Below are positions 40,779-52,825 of a stretch of 64,000 nucleotides of DNA, piece after piece. The DNA lies in the NCBI GenBank assembly GCA_964016885.1, contig OZ024741.1:121024001-121088000 (forward strand), read 5' to 3'. The DNA is from Eledone cirrhosa (taxonomy: Eukaryota). Every line of letters begins with the position of its first letter. Positions within the stretch are counted from its first letter, which is position 1. A model generated the notes under the pieces. It ran no database searches. It was not told the origin of the DNA and saw only the letters and a program-made list of their open reading frames with translations. The position numbers and the translations under genes were made by a program.

Positions 40779-42737
40779 GTCTACTTTCTTGGCTTAATTT
40801 TTTTGTTGTCTTTATTTTTTGAAAATTTTTTTTAAATTTAAAAAAAAAAAAATTAAGGGAAAAATATTTTTTTCTTGAAACCCCACACAAAAAAGTTATG
40901 AACCAAAAAAAATAAAAATAAAAAAATGAAAAATGAAATTCCAAAATAAAAAACAAAACAAAACAATACAAAAAACAAAAGTCATTCATAAAATATTAAA
41001 ATATTGAAAATTTTTTAAAAAGCTGTCCATTAAAAAGAGTTTTTATCAAAAAAATATATAAATATCCTTCGAGTTTGTTGTTTGTATTTTTGTTTTCTGC
41101 ATCATGGATTTTTTTAAAAACTTCAAATCATGTCTCATCATCTTCACTGAACTAAGCAACTTGCTGATACCAAAATGCTTGAAACTGTCTGAATATTTAA
41201 TTTCAAACATTTCAACATCATCTTATGTAAGAATTTTGTTTTAAAGTTATGGGTGTTAAATCAAAACCATTCAATGCAGGAGTCGGACTCCACCAAGGGT
41301 GCGTACTGTTCATTATTTTCATGAACAGGATTGACATGCACAGTCAGGTTGGGAGTAGTGTCATGACTGGCAAGTGTAGAATTAGTTGGCTGAATTAAGT
41401 GAAGGAATTACAGGAGTTGGTGCAGTAATGCACCAGCTTCATCATTTGGTAATCAGAAGAAAGGAGGTGGGTATAAAAGCCAATCTCACTATCTTCAATT
41501 TGGTATTCATGCCAACTCTTATCTATGGGAATGAATCTTCAGTAATAACCGAAAGAATATGATCACATAGTTCAGAGATCAGAGTCACTCCAGTTATACC
41601 CACTACTTCTCCGAATTGAGAGGAGATCACAGCTCTGATACTATGAGCATGTGGTTAGAATGTCTTGGGGAAAAGAATCATTGGACAGGTTTTATGGGCA
41701 AAACCCAAGACCCCCCCCACCCCGAGTAAGATAGTTGGATAACATCTACGAGCTCAGCTGTTCTCTCTTGAGGATCCAGCCAGATCAAGCAGAAATGGTT
41801 GCTTCTGACAGGACTCGCTGGAAGGAGTGTTTGAGGACTCTGCCCCCACGACCCTGGAATAAGTGGGTGAAGAAGATATTTATCTAAAATCCTTTCATCA
41901 TAATTTTATGTAAGAAAATTTGATGTTTCAAACACTGAGAAAGTTAGTTACTTTACTAAATCTTTTGAGATTTTAAAATTATTATTTAAATGAATTGAAA
42001 ACCATAGACAGTATCTTTTATTAGAAGTAAGGCAACAAAATAGCTAGTAATTTGTTTAGTCTCCCACTATACAGGCCAAGCTAACCCATCTCTTTTCTGC
42101 CCAGTGAGTATCTATCACCTTCTAGACTGAACATGAATAACTTCACATGGTCTTACTATATCCCCAGAACTACCTTCCTGGGGTCACTCTTCTACAAGCA
42201 TTTAAATTGTACATTAAATGCATTAATCTCACTAACCTGTGAGAGCTTAAAAGTATGATGGCCATTTAATGTTCGTTAAAATACAAAGACCAATGACCAA
42301 TTTATTGCTTTCCCTGTTCCACCCCCCCACATACGATAACTCAATAAAGAGAGGTTCCCCACTGCCATGTTTTATGTTTGCAAAAGAAATAAATAAAAAT
42401 ACCAACTATGACTTGCTTTCACTGGAAAATATATCTTACTCTTTATGTATTTCTCGGACATGCATTTATGCATATATGGTCCCGTAACTCCTAATAGAGT
42501 CGTAGGGCTGCCGTCGTGACATACGATGTTTCTTGGGCATTTTAAATTTGGCGGAGCCCATCTTTCCAAGTCTGGTCATAGTTGATTTTTTTCCTCCTCC
42601 TCTTGTAAAAGCAGCAAGAAAAGTGGTGCGATCAAATTCAAACTTCAATCATGTGACCACAATAGCGACAACTTTAAGTACGCATGTGACAAGCCTAAAG
42701 ATATTTTATGGCGAAAGTGAGGATAATTTTTGACTTG

Positions 42738-42802
<65 letters not shown>

Positions 42803-42864
42803 GTAATAATAATAAATAGTTAAGGGTGAAAGCAGCGATTCTTTGCTTAAACTTTAATCTGTTA

Positions 42865-42902
<38 letters not shown>

Positions 42903-42904
<2 letters not shown>

Positions 42905-43310
42905 AATGGAAGTTTAGTAAAATCAAAGTTTTGGCAGTGGCCAAGTTAACGATATACAATTAGGAATGTGCAGCAAAGCACTCGATAAGGTTGTATCACC
43001 TTAGAGTAATAACATACGTTAGACAGCTTGACAAATTGAAAATCGCGACAAGTAAGCCTAGTCACATAATACCAAAGCAACGAAAAAAACCAATCAGGTT
43101 AGATAACAGACCCGGACCATATCGAACGATATTATGCAATACGTCCGATAGGTTTCTATGAATCCGAAATCAACAATCCTACTTGCGCAATATGCAAGTT
43201 TGTGGTATTCAATGATCGAACTGAGGACTCACGTTATCAACAGGTTTCCGTTCTGTGCCTTAAGCCGGTGTGACGAGTAGCAGTAAACTGCTACCGATGG
43301 CAGCAGTCAA
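42903..43310 (+). repeat. unclassified dispersed repeat of about 400 bp; second copy at about 53695-54100
   Basis: Shared blocks ggaag(t/c)ttagtaaaatc, ccttagagtaataacatacgtt, tttctatgaatccgaaatca; both copies begin right after (TA)n. Confidence 0.8.
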
Positions 43311-43474
43311 TTTTTCACACACACATATATATATATGAGATGTTACTAGTTAAGATCAGAAAAACACTTATTCAACTTGTATATATGTATGTAAAAGGTA
43401 AACAGAAATAACACAATTGGTACAGTATATGGAAGGAATGTATTAGGTTAACGCTTGATATAGCAGGAAGAGGG

Positions 43475-43510
43475 TCTTAACGTTTCGGACGCTAGTCCTC
43501 CATCAGAAGA
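43475..43510 (-). ncRNA. degenerate minimal hammerhead ribozyme motif
   Basis: - strand TCTT CTGATGGA GGAC TAGC GTCC GAAA CGTT AAGA; stems I and II pair, one core deviation. Confidence 0.5.
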
Positions 43511-43714
43511 AAGAATTAGAAATAAGATAGATTGAGGGGACGGGCGGGATGGAATTGGAAAAAATGTCTTTAGATAAAAATAACAGGTTCATTCATGTTG
43601 ACATCTCTTGCACACATATAGTTCGAAATAACAGAAAGCAAAAAACAAACAACGCAGGAGTGAATGTTACAAGGTATTATTAGTTTCACGCTTGGTGAGA
43701 GTGGGGGTGGTAGT

Positions 43715-43750
43715 TACAACGTTTTGGACACAAGCCCTTCATCAGGAGAG
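43715..43750 (-). ncRNA. degenerate minimal hammerhead ribozyme motif
   Basis: - strand CTGATGA A GGGC TTGT GTCC AAAA CGTT; GAAA changed to AAAA, consistent with CpG decay. Confidence 0.45.
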
Positions 43751-44564
43751 TGGAGGAGGGGGGGGGGGGGTAGCGAGAAAAATAGAAATAAAAATAAATT
43801 GAATATAGAACATGAAATAGAAAATAATGGACATAGAAATTATTAAAAAACTATTAAAAAGTGAGAGGGGTGTGGTTGTACATGAGAGGTGGGTGGGAGG
43901 AGAGAGAAGCGGAAGGAAAACGAGTCCGACCGGGGATGGCAGAAAGTGAGGTGTGTGTGTGTATGCGTGGATGTGTGAGAGTCTGGGGGAGAGCGGGTGT
44001 ATGTGATTGTGGGTTTTGAAAAACCATTGTTTTGGAGTGGAGTGTATATCTGTGTGTGTATAGTCCCTGTATGGGTATGTGTGTGTGTGTGTGGATGGAA
44101 AGGGTCGGATGGGGTGAGGGGAGATCGTGTAGGATCCAGAGGCGGTGTGGGTGTATGTAAAGATGTGCATGTGTGGTTAAGAGAGGATGATGTGGGTTCG
44201 TGTGAAATGGATAGTTGCGTGTGTGCGAAAGTGGTGCAAGTCTCTGTGTGTGTCTAAGTTTCTGAATAGATGTTGGTGTGTGTGTATGTGGAAGGTAAAG
44301 TTCCGAAGGTAAAATCACGTCGATATCCAAGTGATAGATTCCGGGTGGTAGGGTCGAAAAAAATGGCGAGGAGGAAGTGGAATGTTAGGGGCGCGCACAA
44401 CAGGAAGTGGTCAAGATGGTCAAGTTAAAGGAGTCGGAGAAGAGGGTGCCGATGGCAGGGCAATGTGTGAGGGGGAAGGGAGGAGGTGGAGCCGGCAGAA
44501 CAGACTGAGAGGCTAGTAGTGTTGCTGTCTGTGTGGGAGGTGAGTAGCTGTGTAGACAGGCAGG

Positions 44565-44970
44565 TGTGTGTGGGTGAGAGTGGCATGTGTGTATGGAGTT
44601 ATGTGTATCTGTGTGGGTGAGAGTGACGTGTGTATGGAGTTATGTGTATGTGTGGGTGAGAGTGGCATGTGTGTATGGAGTTATGTGTATGTGTGTGGGT
44701 GAGAGTGACGTGTGTATGGAGTTATGTGTATGGATGAGAGTGGCATGTGTGTATGTGTGTGGGTGAGAGTGGCATGTGTGTATGGAGTTATGTGTATGTG
44801 TGTGGGTGAGAGTGGCATGTGTGTATGGAGTTATGTGTATGTGTGTGGGTGAGAGTGGCATGTGTGTATGGAGTTATGTGTATGTGTGTGGGTGAGAGTG
44901 GCATGTGTGTATGGAGTTATGTGTATGTGTGTGGGTGAGAGTGGCATGTGTGTATGGAGTTATGTGTATA
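44565..44970. repeat. GT-rich minisatellite of about 42 bp
   Basis: gtgggtgagagtggcatgtgtgtatggagttatgtgtatgtgt repeated. Confidence 0.9.
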
Positions 44971-45396
44971 TGTGTGCTGAAGGTGTGAATATGTGTGAAT
45001 GGGTGTATATCTTGGTGTGTTAGTGTGAAGAGAGGTAAAGTTGAAGGAGAGGGAGGTATGTATGTGGGAGGGGGTGTATTAGTGGAGGCGTTAGTAGGAT
45101 GTGGGTGTGTATGTTGAGGTTAGTGTTGGTAGTAGGGGGATGGTGCTGTGTACATATGTATGAGTGAGTGTATATATACTGGTGTGTGTGTGTGAGTGCG
45201 TTGTGTTGTAAGGGTGAAGGAGGGTGGGGCGGTGTTTAGTATTATTATTAGTAGAGTGGTCAAATGTGGGTGGAGGTTAGTGTAGTTAGAAGGTGATGGG
45301 ACTGGTAGGGTTAGGAGTAATGTAATATGTCCAATAAATTCCTTTCGTCGCAACACTGATTCTCTTTTTTTCTGTGATACCTATATATATATGGGA

Positions 45397-45503
45397 AAAT
45401 AAATCTTGACATACCCTTAAAGAATGCAACCATTGCTGTTGGAAGCTCCCGGAGCTTCCAACAGCAATGGTTGCATTCTTTAAGGGTATGTCAATATTTA
45501 TTT
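45397..45503. repeat. perfect hairpin, 44-bp arms with a 1-nt spacer
   Basis: 45406-45449 is the reverse complement of 45451-45494; extends a further 8 bp after one mismatch. Confidence 0.92.
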
Positions 45504-45626
45504 ATAAAACTGATATATATTATATTTTATCTAATGAAAGCACACCATAATTTAACTTGGTGTCCTTGAAATATGTATAATGAAATAAATATGGTTTTAT
45601 AAATATAGTTTCCATTTGTTAATATC

Positions 45627-45687
<61 letters not shown>

Positions 45688-45770
45688 AAAGTTTTATTTA
45701 AAATTGTTGGGTTACAACAAGTAAATATTTTATAACTGATATAAAGCACTTGACAAGTTTTTGGAGTAGC

Positions 45771-46255
<485 letters not shown>

Positions 46256-46572
46256 GAAATGGGCGGTGGTTGAAATTCAGATGTGCACGGTTAAATGGTA
46301 GTAGACGTGGTCGGACTGACATGAAAATTTACACACCAATGTAAAAAGTGCCAAGTAAGCAAATAGACGAGGTTTCAAATCTCTAACTTGAAAAATGTGG
46401 TCCCTGGGGCCCCAAAACTATCGCGTTCGGTGAGTTATTTCCCCCTGTTCTAATACTTTTGTCTTATTTACAATTTCATCATCCTTCTATATTTAACGAT
46501 CATACAGTACCGTTTTATGAAATCGATTCTGCAGTACGGTCACTGTTTTCCATCAAAAGAAATAAAACCCTC

Positions 46573-47240
46573 GGCGATACTTGGTTTTAGTGTCCTAAAT
46601 TATCATCATCGACATTCAATTATTAGCTCCACCCACTACAGGATACGTCACGAAGGTAAATGTTTCGAAAAAATTTTAAACTGTATATCGCAACAATATA
46701 TTGTTTAAAGAAATTTTTTTTCTGTTGTTAAAAACTGTAAATCTGTTAAAAAAAAAATGTATTTCGCAGCAATTTTTTTTCTGTTAAAAACTGTAAATAA
46801 ATATTGATGTAAAAATGAAGCATAGTGTTTCGGTTAAATACATTTTTTTTTAACAGATTTACAGTTTTAAACAACAGAAAAAAAATTTCTTTAAACAATA
46901 TATTGTTGCGATATACAGTTTAAAATTTTTTCGAAACATTTACTTTCGTGACGTATCGTGTGTTAAAAAAAAAATGTATTTCGCAGCAATTTTTTTTCTG
47001 TTAAAAACTGTAAATAAATATTTATTTTGTTCAAAAAATAAATAAAAAATCTAATTTTCTCTGTTAATATTTTAATAAATATTTATTCTAAAAATTCAAT
47101 GTTTTTTCGTGTAAAAATGAACATGTAAAAATCAAGCCGCAGCAGCAGCTGATGACGTGTCGTGACTTATCGTGTAGTGGGTGGAGCTAATAATTGAATG
47201 TCGATGATGATAATTTAGGACACTAAAACCAAGTACCGCC
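46573..47240. mobile_element. Merlin-like MITE with about 80-bp TIRs and an 8-bp TSD
   Basis: TIR ggcgatacttggttttagtgtcctaaattatcatcatcgacattcaattattagctccacccactaca and its reverse complement at 47172-47240; flanks aaaccctc / aaaccctt; GG termini. Confidence 0.7.
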
Positions 47241-47289
47241 AAACCCTTAAATTGCGAAGAAGGGACGCGTGTTTTTATTTTAATTCTAA

Positions 47290-48303
47290 CTAGCATTAAG
47301 CCCGGCGTTGCTCAGGGTCAGTAAGTTACCAAAGTTAGGTTGCACCACCATTTTATGGCACCACTTTTTTGTCTGCCAGGCACTGGGTGAATAAATTGCA
47401 GACCTGGACTGCCGAAGCAGGAGCTGCGTCAGCAGTGACAATTGTAGTTTCGCCTATGGATATTATCTCTGTGCAAAGAAGTGTTGAAATTTATTGTTTT
47501 ACAGTACTTGCGCAACACGCGCGTAGACGATGCCAGCCGAAGAACAGAGCTGCGATGGAGTTGTTCTGCATGGTTGTCTAATGTATGTTTTCTAAATTTA
47601 AGACAGTAGGGAGGGGTGTGATATGGGGGAGAGTTAGCTGCTGTTTCTAGCAGGTTTAGTGACCTCATAGAAGATATGTTTTCTAAATTTAAGACAGTAG
47701 GGAGTGGTGTGATATGGGGGAGAGTTAGCTGCTGTTTCTAGCAGGTTTAGTGACCTCATAGAGGATATTATTGTGTATAGTAAATGAACTGATACTTCTT
47801 TCTTCACGTTCGTTGATAGATGTTTTAAAAAAGATTTATCGCTATTTTTTTTGTTGTTGAATAAATTTATCTGTTACTTTTGAATAATTGTTGTTTCGTA
47901 TGAAATGTAATAAGTTCTCTTTGTCATTGAAGTAAATAAATGTTTGACCGTTCCACACTCAAAAACAAACTTCCCTCTCTCTCTCTATCTCTCTCTTAAA
48001 GTTTGTAAGTTTAATCGTATATCAGAGAAAGTTGCAGCATGTATATAGTTTTATCGAATTTTAAGGGGAGTAGAGAGAGTTATCAGATTCTATTAGAGGG
48101 ATAAAGCGTCATGTATTTAGTTTTATCGATTATTTCCGTAATTGTGGGTGAGTTTGAATGAAATAAATAGTCGGTGACCTAAGTTAGACCATTTACAACA
48201 TTCTTACAGACTTTGAGTCGAATCGGTTTGAAATTGTGAAAATGTATAAACATGGAACATGCACACACACACACAACAACAACAACAATCTGCCTTTTAT
48301 AGA
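47290..48303 (-). mobile_element. non-autonomous Helitron
   Basis: - strand 5' A|TCTATAAAAGG and 3' CCCTGAGCAACGCCGGG hairpin followed by CTTAATGCTAG|T, i.e. TC...CTAG inserted in an AT site; contains a tandem duplication of about 92 bp (47585-47766). Confidence 0.7.
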
Positions 48304-48492
48304 TAATTGTTTATACTTTAGGCACAAGGCCAGCAATTACCCAGTGCATTACTGGTACTTTATTTTATCGACCCCGTAAGGATGAAAGGCAAAGTTAACC
48401 TCGGCGGGATTTGAACTCAGATCATAAAGGGACCAAATCATGGTGTCCGACTCTCTACCGATACTGCCAATCCACTGCCTTTTATAGATAAT
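48290..48492 (-). mobile_element. SINE with an 18-bp target-site duplication
   Basis: ctgccttttatagataat at 48290-48307 and 48475-48492 flanks a reverse-strand SINE copy. Confidence 0.75.
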
Positions 48493-49479
48493 GATACATG
48501 TTAACCACCACTAACAGTAAGTAGTATTTTTCAAATTGCATATCATCGACATTGCTATTTCGCTGTTAATAAACAACGCTTTTCACGTCGCTCCACTTCT
48601 CATTGTACGCCGTCCAGCCCCAAGTGCATATTTCTATTTTTTTCCTGAAACTGCTTCTTTATAATATACTTTCAATAATATTTTTCAAATTATTAACTTA
48701 ATAAAAAGTGGCCCCGAGTGCAACCGGGCTCAGCTGTTAGTATATATATATATATATGGCGTTGTTATTTGACGAAATTCTTTCTGTACCAAAAACAAGG
48801 CACACACAGACACACACACAATTTTGTGTGTGTGTGTGTGTGTTAGTGTTAGCGTGCGCGTGTATGTGTGTGTGTGTATCTATCTATGTATATATATAAG
48901 GGATACAGATATGTTTGCTCACTGTCACTAAGCATCTCAATTCATTCGTTGCAACTAAGTTTGTGATCGAGGCACTTTATTTTGCAAGGTACTATTTTTC
49001 CCTTGAGTTTGTGATTGAAGAGAAAGGTAAGAAATTCTTCATATTTTGCATCTTTTGTATTTTGACTTTACAGTTTGAATTGTAGAATTGTCTATCCACT
49101 CAAAATATTACAACAGCTAACAGTGAAATATAGAATTTAAAAAAAAAGCTTTTTCGACTGAGATCAAATCTTTAAGAACATTCACGTCTATTTTTCAAAA
49201 ATATATAATTTGAAATAGCTTGCTGTTGTTTTGGACTGAAACTTCTTTGTATTTAATTCGTACGAGTATTTAAAATTTTTTTAAAAAAGATTCTAACATA
49301 ACTTGATTTGACCCAGTAATCTACTGATATCAAAATCAGTAGTATATTGAAAAATAGAAAAATAGGGTAGGGGGACGTTTCGTGATTTCGAGGGGCAAAA
49401 GACTGTTTGGCCGAAATGGGTTGAGAACCTTTGGTCTAGATAGATGTGAAACAAAACGAGGGTGTAGTTTATGGAACAC

Positions 49480-49910
49480 CCAAATGATTTAGAAGTCGAC
49501 CTTAAGTAGGAGCAATAACATTAAGAAAGACATGAACGACACTACAACACTTAGATTTGAAAATTTTGAAAGTAGGTTTATAAGTATGAATTTTCACACC
49601 ATTTTGGTAGTTGTCTCTGTGGCCTAGCGGTATGTACTGGAGACGGTGGAGATCCTGACCTTGGGTTCAATCCTGGTCAAGAGGTACATGGAACTTTTTC
49701 AGTTTTTATTTTACAACCAATAGAAAAAAAACTGAAAAGGTTTACTGGGAACCCTACTCTCGACCAACATTGAACTTCAGACCAGGAACACCACCCTCTA
49801 TGATTCCTCCAACTAGGCCACCGAGACAGCTACGAGAGTATGATGAAATGTGGTGTCGTTCATGGCTTTCCTAGAGCTATTAGTAATATTTATGGTAGAC
49901 TTCTGGTCAT
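49480..49910. mobile_element. diverged palindromic element with two convergent tRNA-like (Pol III promoter) units
   Basis: + strand A-box tggcctagcgg (49620) and B-box ggttcaatcc (49664); - strand tggcctagttgg (49820-49809); both arms end in ttttcagttttt; outer arms gaaagacatgaacgacac / gtgtcgttcatggctttc. Confidence 0.6.
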
Positions 49911-50145
49911 TATTGAAAGTCTCTGGATTTCGCAAAATACATAATATTTTTTTTATTGGAGAAGGTAAAATACTTTCCCGCAAAAATTTGATTGCACTGT
50001 TTTGTTTCCACTTAGGTATTTTTCGAAAATGTTATTTATTCATTATCAAAATTAAATGATAACATTTTATATGTAGGTGGGCCCCCTTGATCTCCTGGCA
50101 ACCAATATTTTTAGACCTAGTGCGCCACTATATATATATATATAT

Positions 50146-50146
<1 letters not shown>

Positions 50147-50192
<46 letters not shown>

Positions 50193-51145
50193 TTTACGTC
50201 CGCTTTTCCCTGCTTGCAAGGGTTGGACGGGACCTATTCAGCACAGCATCTCTCCGCTTGTCACAGTCTTTCGTCATCTGCTCGGTGAGTTTCAGCGATC
50301 TGAGGTCCATGTTTTACGTGGTCTACCTCTTCTGCGTCTTCCTTCTACTGGGATTTCTTGGCACTTCTTTACCCAGCGGTCATCCTCCATGCGCATCACA
50401 TGCCCACACCATCTCAGCCTTCTCTCTTGCACGCCACAACTTATCCCTCTTATACCCAGTTTCCTTCTCAACTCGTCCATGCTTGGTCGTTCACACACAT
50501 TGATATTGCACATCCAACGGAGCATACTTGCTTCATTTCTCTCCAGCCGTCGCATATCCTCTGCAGTTGCCGCCCATGTGTCACTACCATGCAGCATCGC
50601 GCATATCACACAGGCATCATATAACCGTCCTTTCGTATGCAGGGAGAAAGCCTTCTTTGTCAACAAAGGAAGCAGCTCCCTAAACTTCTTCTAACTCGTC
50701 CTTATTCTAGATACTATGGCCTCGGAACACCCCCCTCCCATGCTAATCTGATCACCTAGGTACCGGAAGCTATCAACCACTTCTATAGAACCCTCCTGCA
50801 TTGGAAAAATGTGTCTATCAATGCGATTAATACTGCCAACTTTCCCTGTACATCTACTGCATACGTAGTTTTCCCTACCTGTTAGTTTGCCTGTTATCCC
50901 ACTACATCTCTTGTGTACCCAAGATCTGCATTTCGTACATTTTATGGAATTTATGCCAGTTCCTTTCCTACAATATCGAACATGGCCATTTCCCTGATGA
51001 AATCGGAGTTTTGTCCTCTCTTCTACTTATCAACACTTTTGTCTTAGCTATGTTTACTCTCAGTCCTCTTGATTCCAACTGCCGTTTCCATAGCCAGAAT
51101 TTATTCTCTAGCTCCTCTACTGATTCTGCTATAAGAGCCAGATCA

Positions 51146-51148
<3 letters not shown>
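50147..51148 (-). mobile_element. RTE LINE, 5'-truncated, with (ATG)n tail, inserted in (TA)n
   Basis: ORF KGRLYDACVICAMLHGSDTW...RRLRWCGHVMRMEDDRWVKK...GRPRKTW; (CAT)n at 50147-50192; TA repeats on both sides. Confidence 0.92.
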
Positions 51149-51209
<61 letters not shown>

Positions 51210-51299
51210 ATTATTCAACTAAAGAAACGTTGATTGATCAAATAATCTACCGACTGTAGTTGTACACAGACGTAAAGCACTCTACGACTTGTGTTCATT

Positions 51300-52760
51300 A
51301 GGTATCAATAAGGTATCAAACAGAGTGTCAATATTTTATAGTGAAACGTTTTTAAATGTACATCATCTATTAATTGTATAATCCTGTTATACGTATTTCA
51401 AAGACGTCAAAGTGATTGCATAATAACCCTTTGACGTGTTCTCATCAGACAAGTATAAAGCTGTAATGATTTTCATATGCTACGCCTATGCGTATGATGT
51501 TCGTAATTGTTTCTGGAGATATTACTCTTGCTAAAATTCTTGAGATTGTCAGTAGACTAAGGTATCAAATTACGAAGAAGGTCAGTCGCTCCGGTTCACA
51601 TATGTTAAATTAGTCACACTATTTTATTTATTTATTTATTTTATCCTCTGGCGTTGTATTCATATTTTAAGGCTTGACAGGAGTAAAGAAAGAGATGCTA
51701 GTATAACTATAAAATGACGCACCGAACATTTTTTGGGTTTAGTGAGTATGTTAAAGTGTGGGTAGAGGTTAATGTCTCAGGAATGTGATAACTATATAAT
51801 CTAAGAAAAGTTTTAGATATATACCGACAAATATTAAAGAGGCCAGACCGTTTGTTAATTACGTGGTGCCTCCTATTAATAATTTGTAGAGTTTCCGAGG
51901 TGCAAAGATCGCAACCGCGCTAAGAGATCCACTTACATATGGAAACGCTGTTGCGAGCATGTACCAAGACATCGTATATACGGTTCTGCTTCAGCTTCCA
52001 TATAAGCTCGGATCGTGCCGTGCTTCGTCACTTATCGATCCGGTTAAAGGAGTGGCGGTGGTTGTACCATCTATCCTTAAAACTGGTCGCTGTTGCGTCC
52101 TAGTGGTAACTCTACATTCGCATACTATATTTCTATGGAGGCATTTATTCAGCATAGGGCAATTTGCTGGAATCCAACAGTTACAATTGATGTGATTTTC
52201 GCGTGTTGTGTTGTGGTTATATCTATCTGTATGATCGACTATCTGCTGCGCGTTACTGGAATTGTGTCTATTCTCTCTATTATTATGTTTCCGTAATGTT
52301 CTGGGTTATGTGCTGTAGTGTGTGCTTTGCGCTATTTTTAATCTTCAAAGTTTTGAATGGATTGGCAGTATCGGTAGAGGGTCGGACACCGTGCTTTGCA
52401 GCATACAGTTACGGTCTGAGTTCAAATCCCGTCGAGGTTAACTTTGTCTTTCATCCTTACGGGATTGATAAAATAAAGCACCAGTAACGTACTGTGGTCG
52501 ATTTAATCATCTTTCCCCTCCCCTAAATGACTGGTCTTGTGCCTTAAGTAGAAACAATTATTAATCCTGGCTATGCTTTGGCCTGGTTTTTGGTGGTAGA
52601 GTAGAGTATGATAGCTTGTCAGTGTGACTATTAAACATTCTGCTGTATCTATGTGATATGGGGAAATATTTATCTAGTGCATTAAAGAAAAGTCGAGCGA
52701 TGCTAGTTTTGCAGGCAAGTAACGCGGATGGTGGTTGCGGAGCGTCCGGATCTATCACTG
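51300..52760 (-). mobile_element. Penelope-like retroelement (Neptune-type), degenerate 3' part: RT thumb, Cys linker, GIY-YIG endonuclease, pLTR with hammerhead; interrupted by a SINE at about 52355-52562
   Basis: - strand translations: KTSIARLFFNALDKYFPISHRYSRMFNSHTDKLSYSTLP (52600-52720); CNCWIPANCPMLNKCLHRNIVCECRVTT (52100-52190); SFKDRWYNHRHSF...SELIWKLK...CDLCTSETLQII...INKRSGLFNICR (51820-52085). These match PLE motifs; stops and frameshifts present. Confidence 0.85.
51383..51453 (-). ncRNA. type I hammerhead ribozyme (PLE-associated), core intact
   Basis: - strand CTTGT CTGATGA GAAC ACGTCAAAG (16 nt) CTTTGACGT CTTT GAAA TACGTA TA ACAGG; stem I CTTGT/ACAGG, 9-bp perfect helix in stem II, palindromic stem III TACGTA, AUA cleavage triplet. 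Confidence 0.72.
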
Positions 52761-52779
52761 ATACTTTTATGTACGCATG

Positions 52780-52825
<46 letters not shown>

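Noticed and set aside
48950-49033. Strong donor AAG|gtaaga suggesting a + strand first exon
   Set aside because: No ORF or downstream exons identified; an isolated donor motif is expected by chance.
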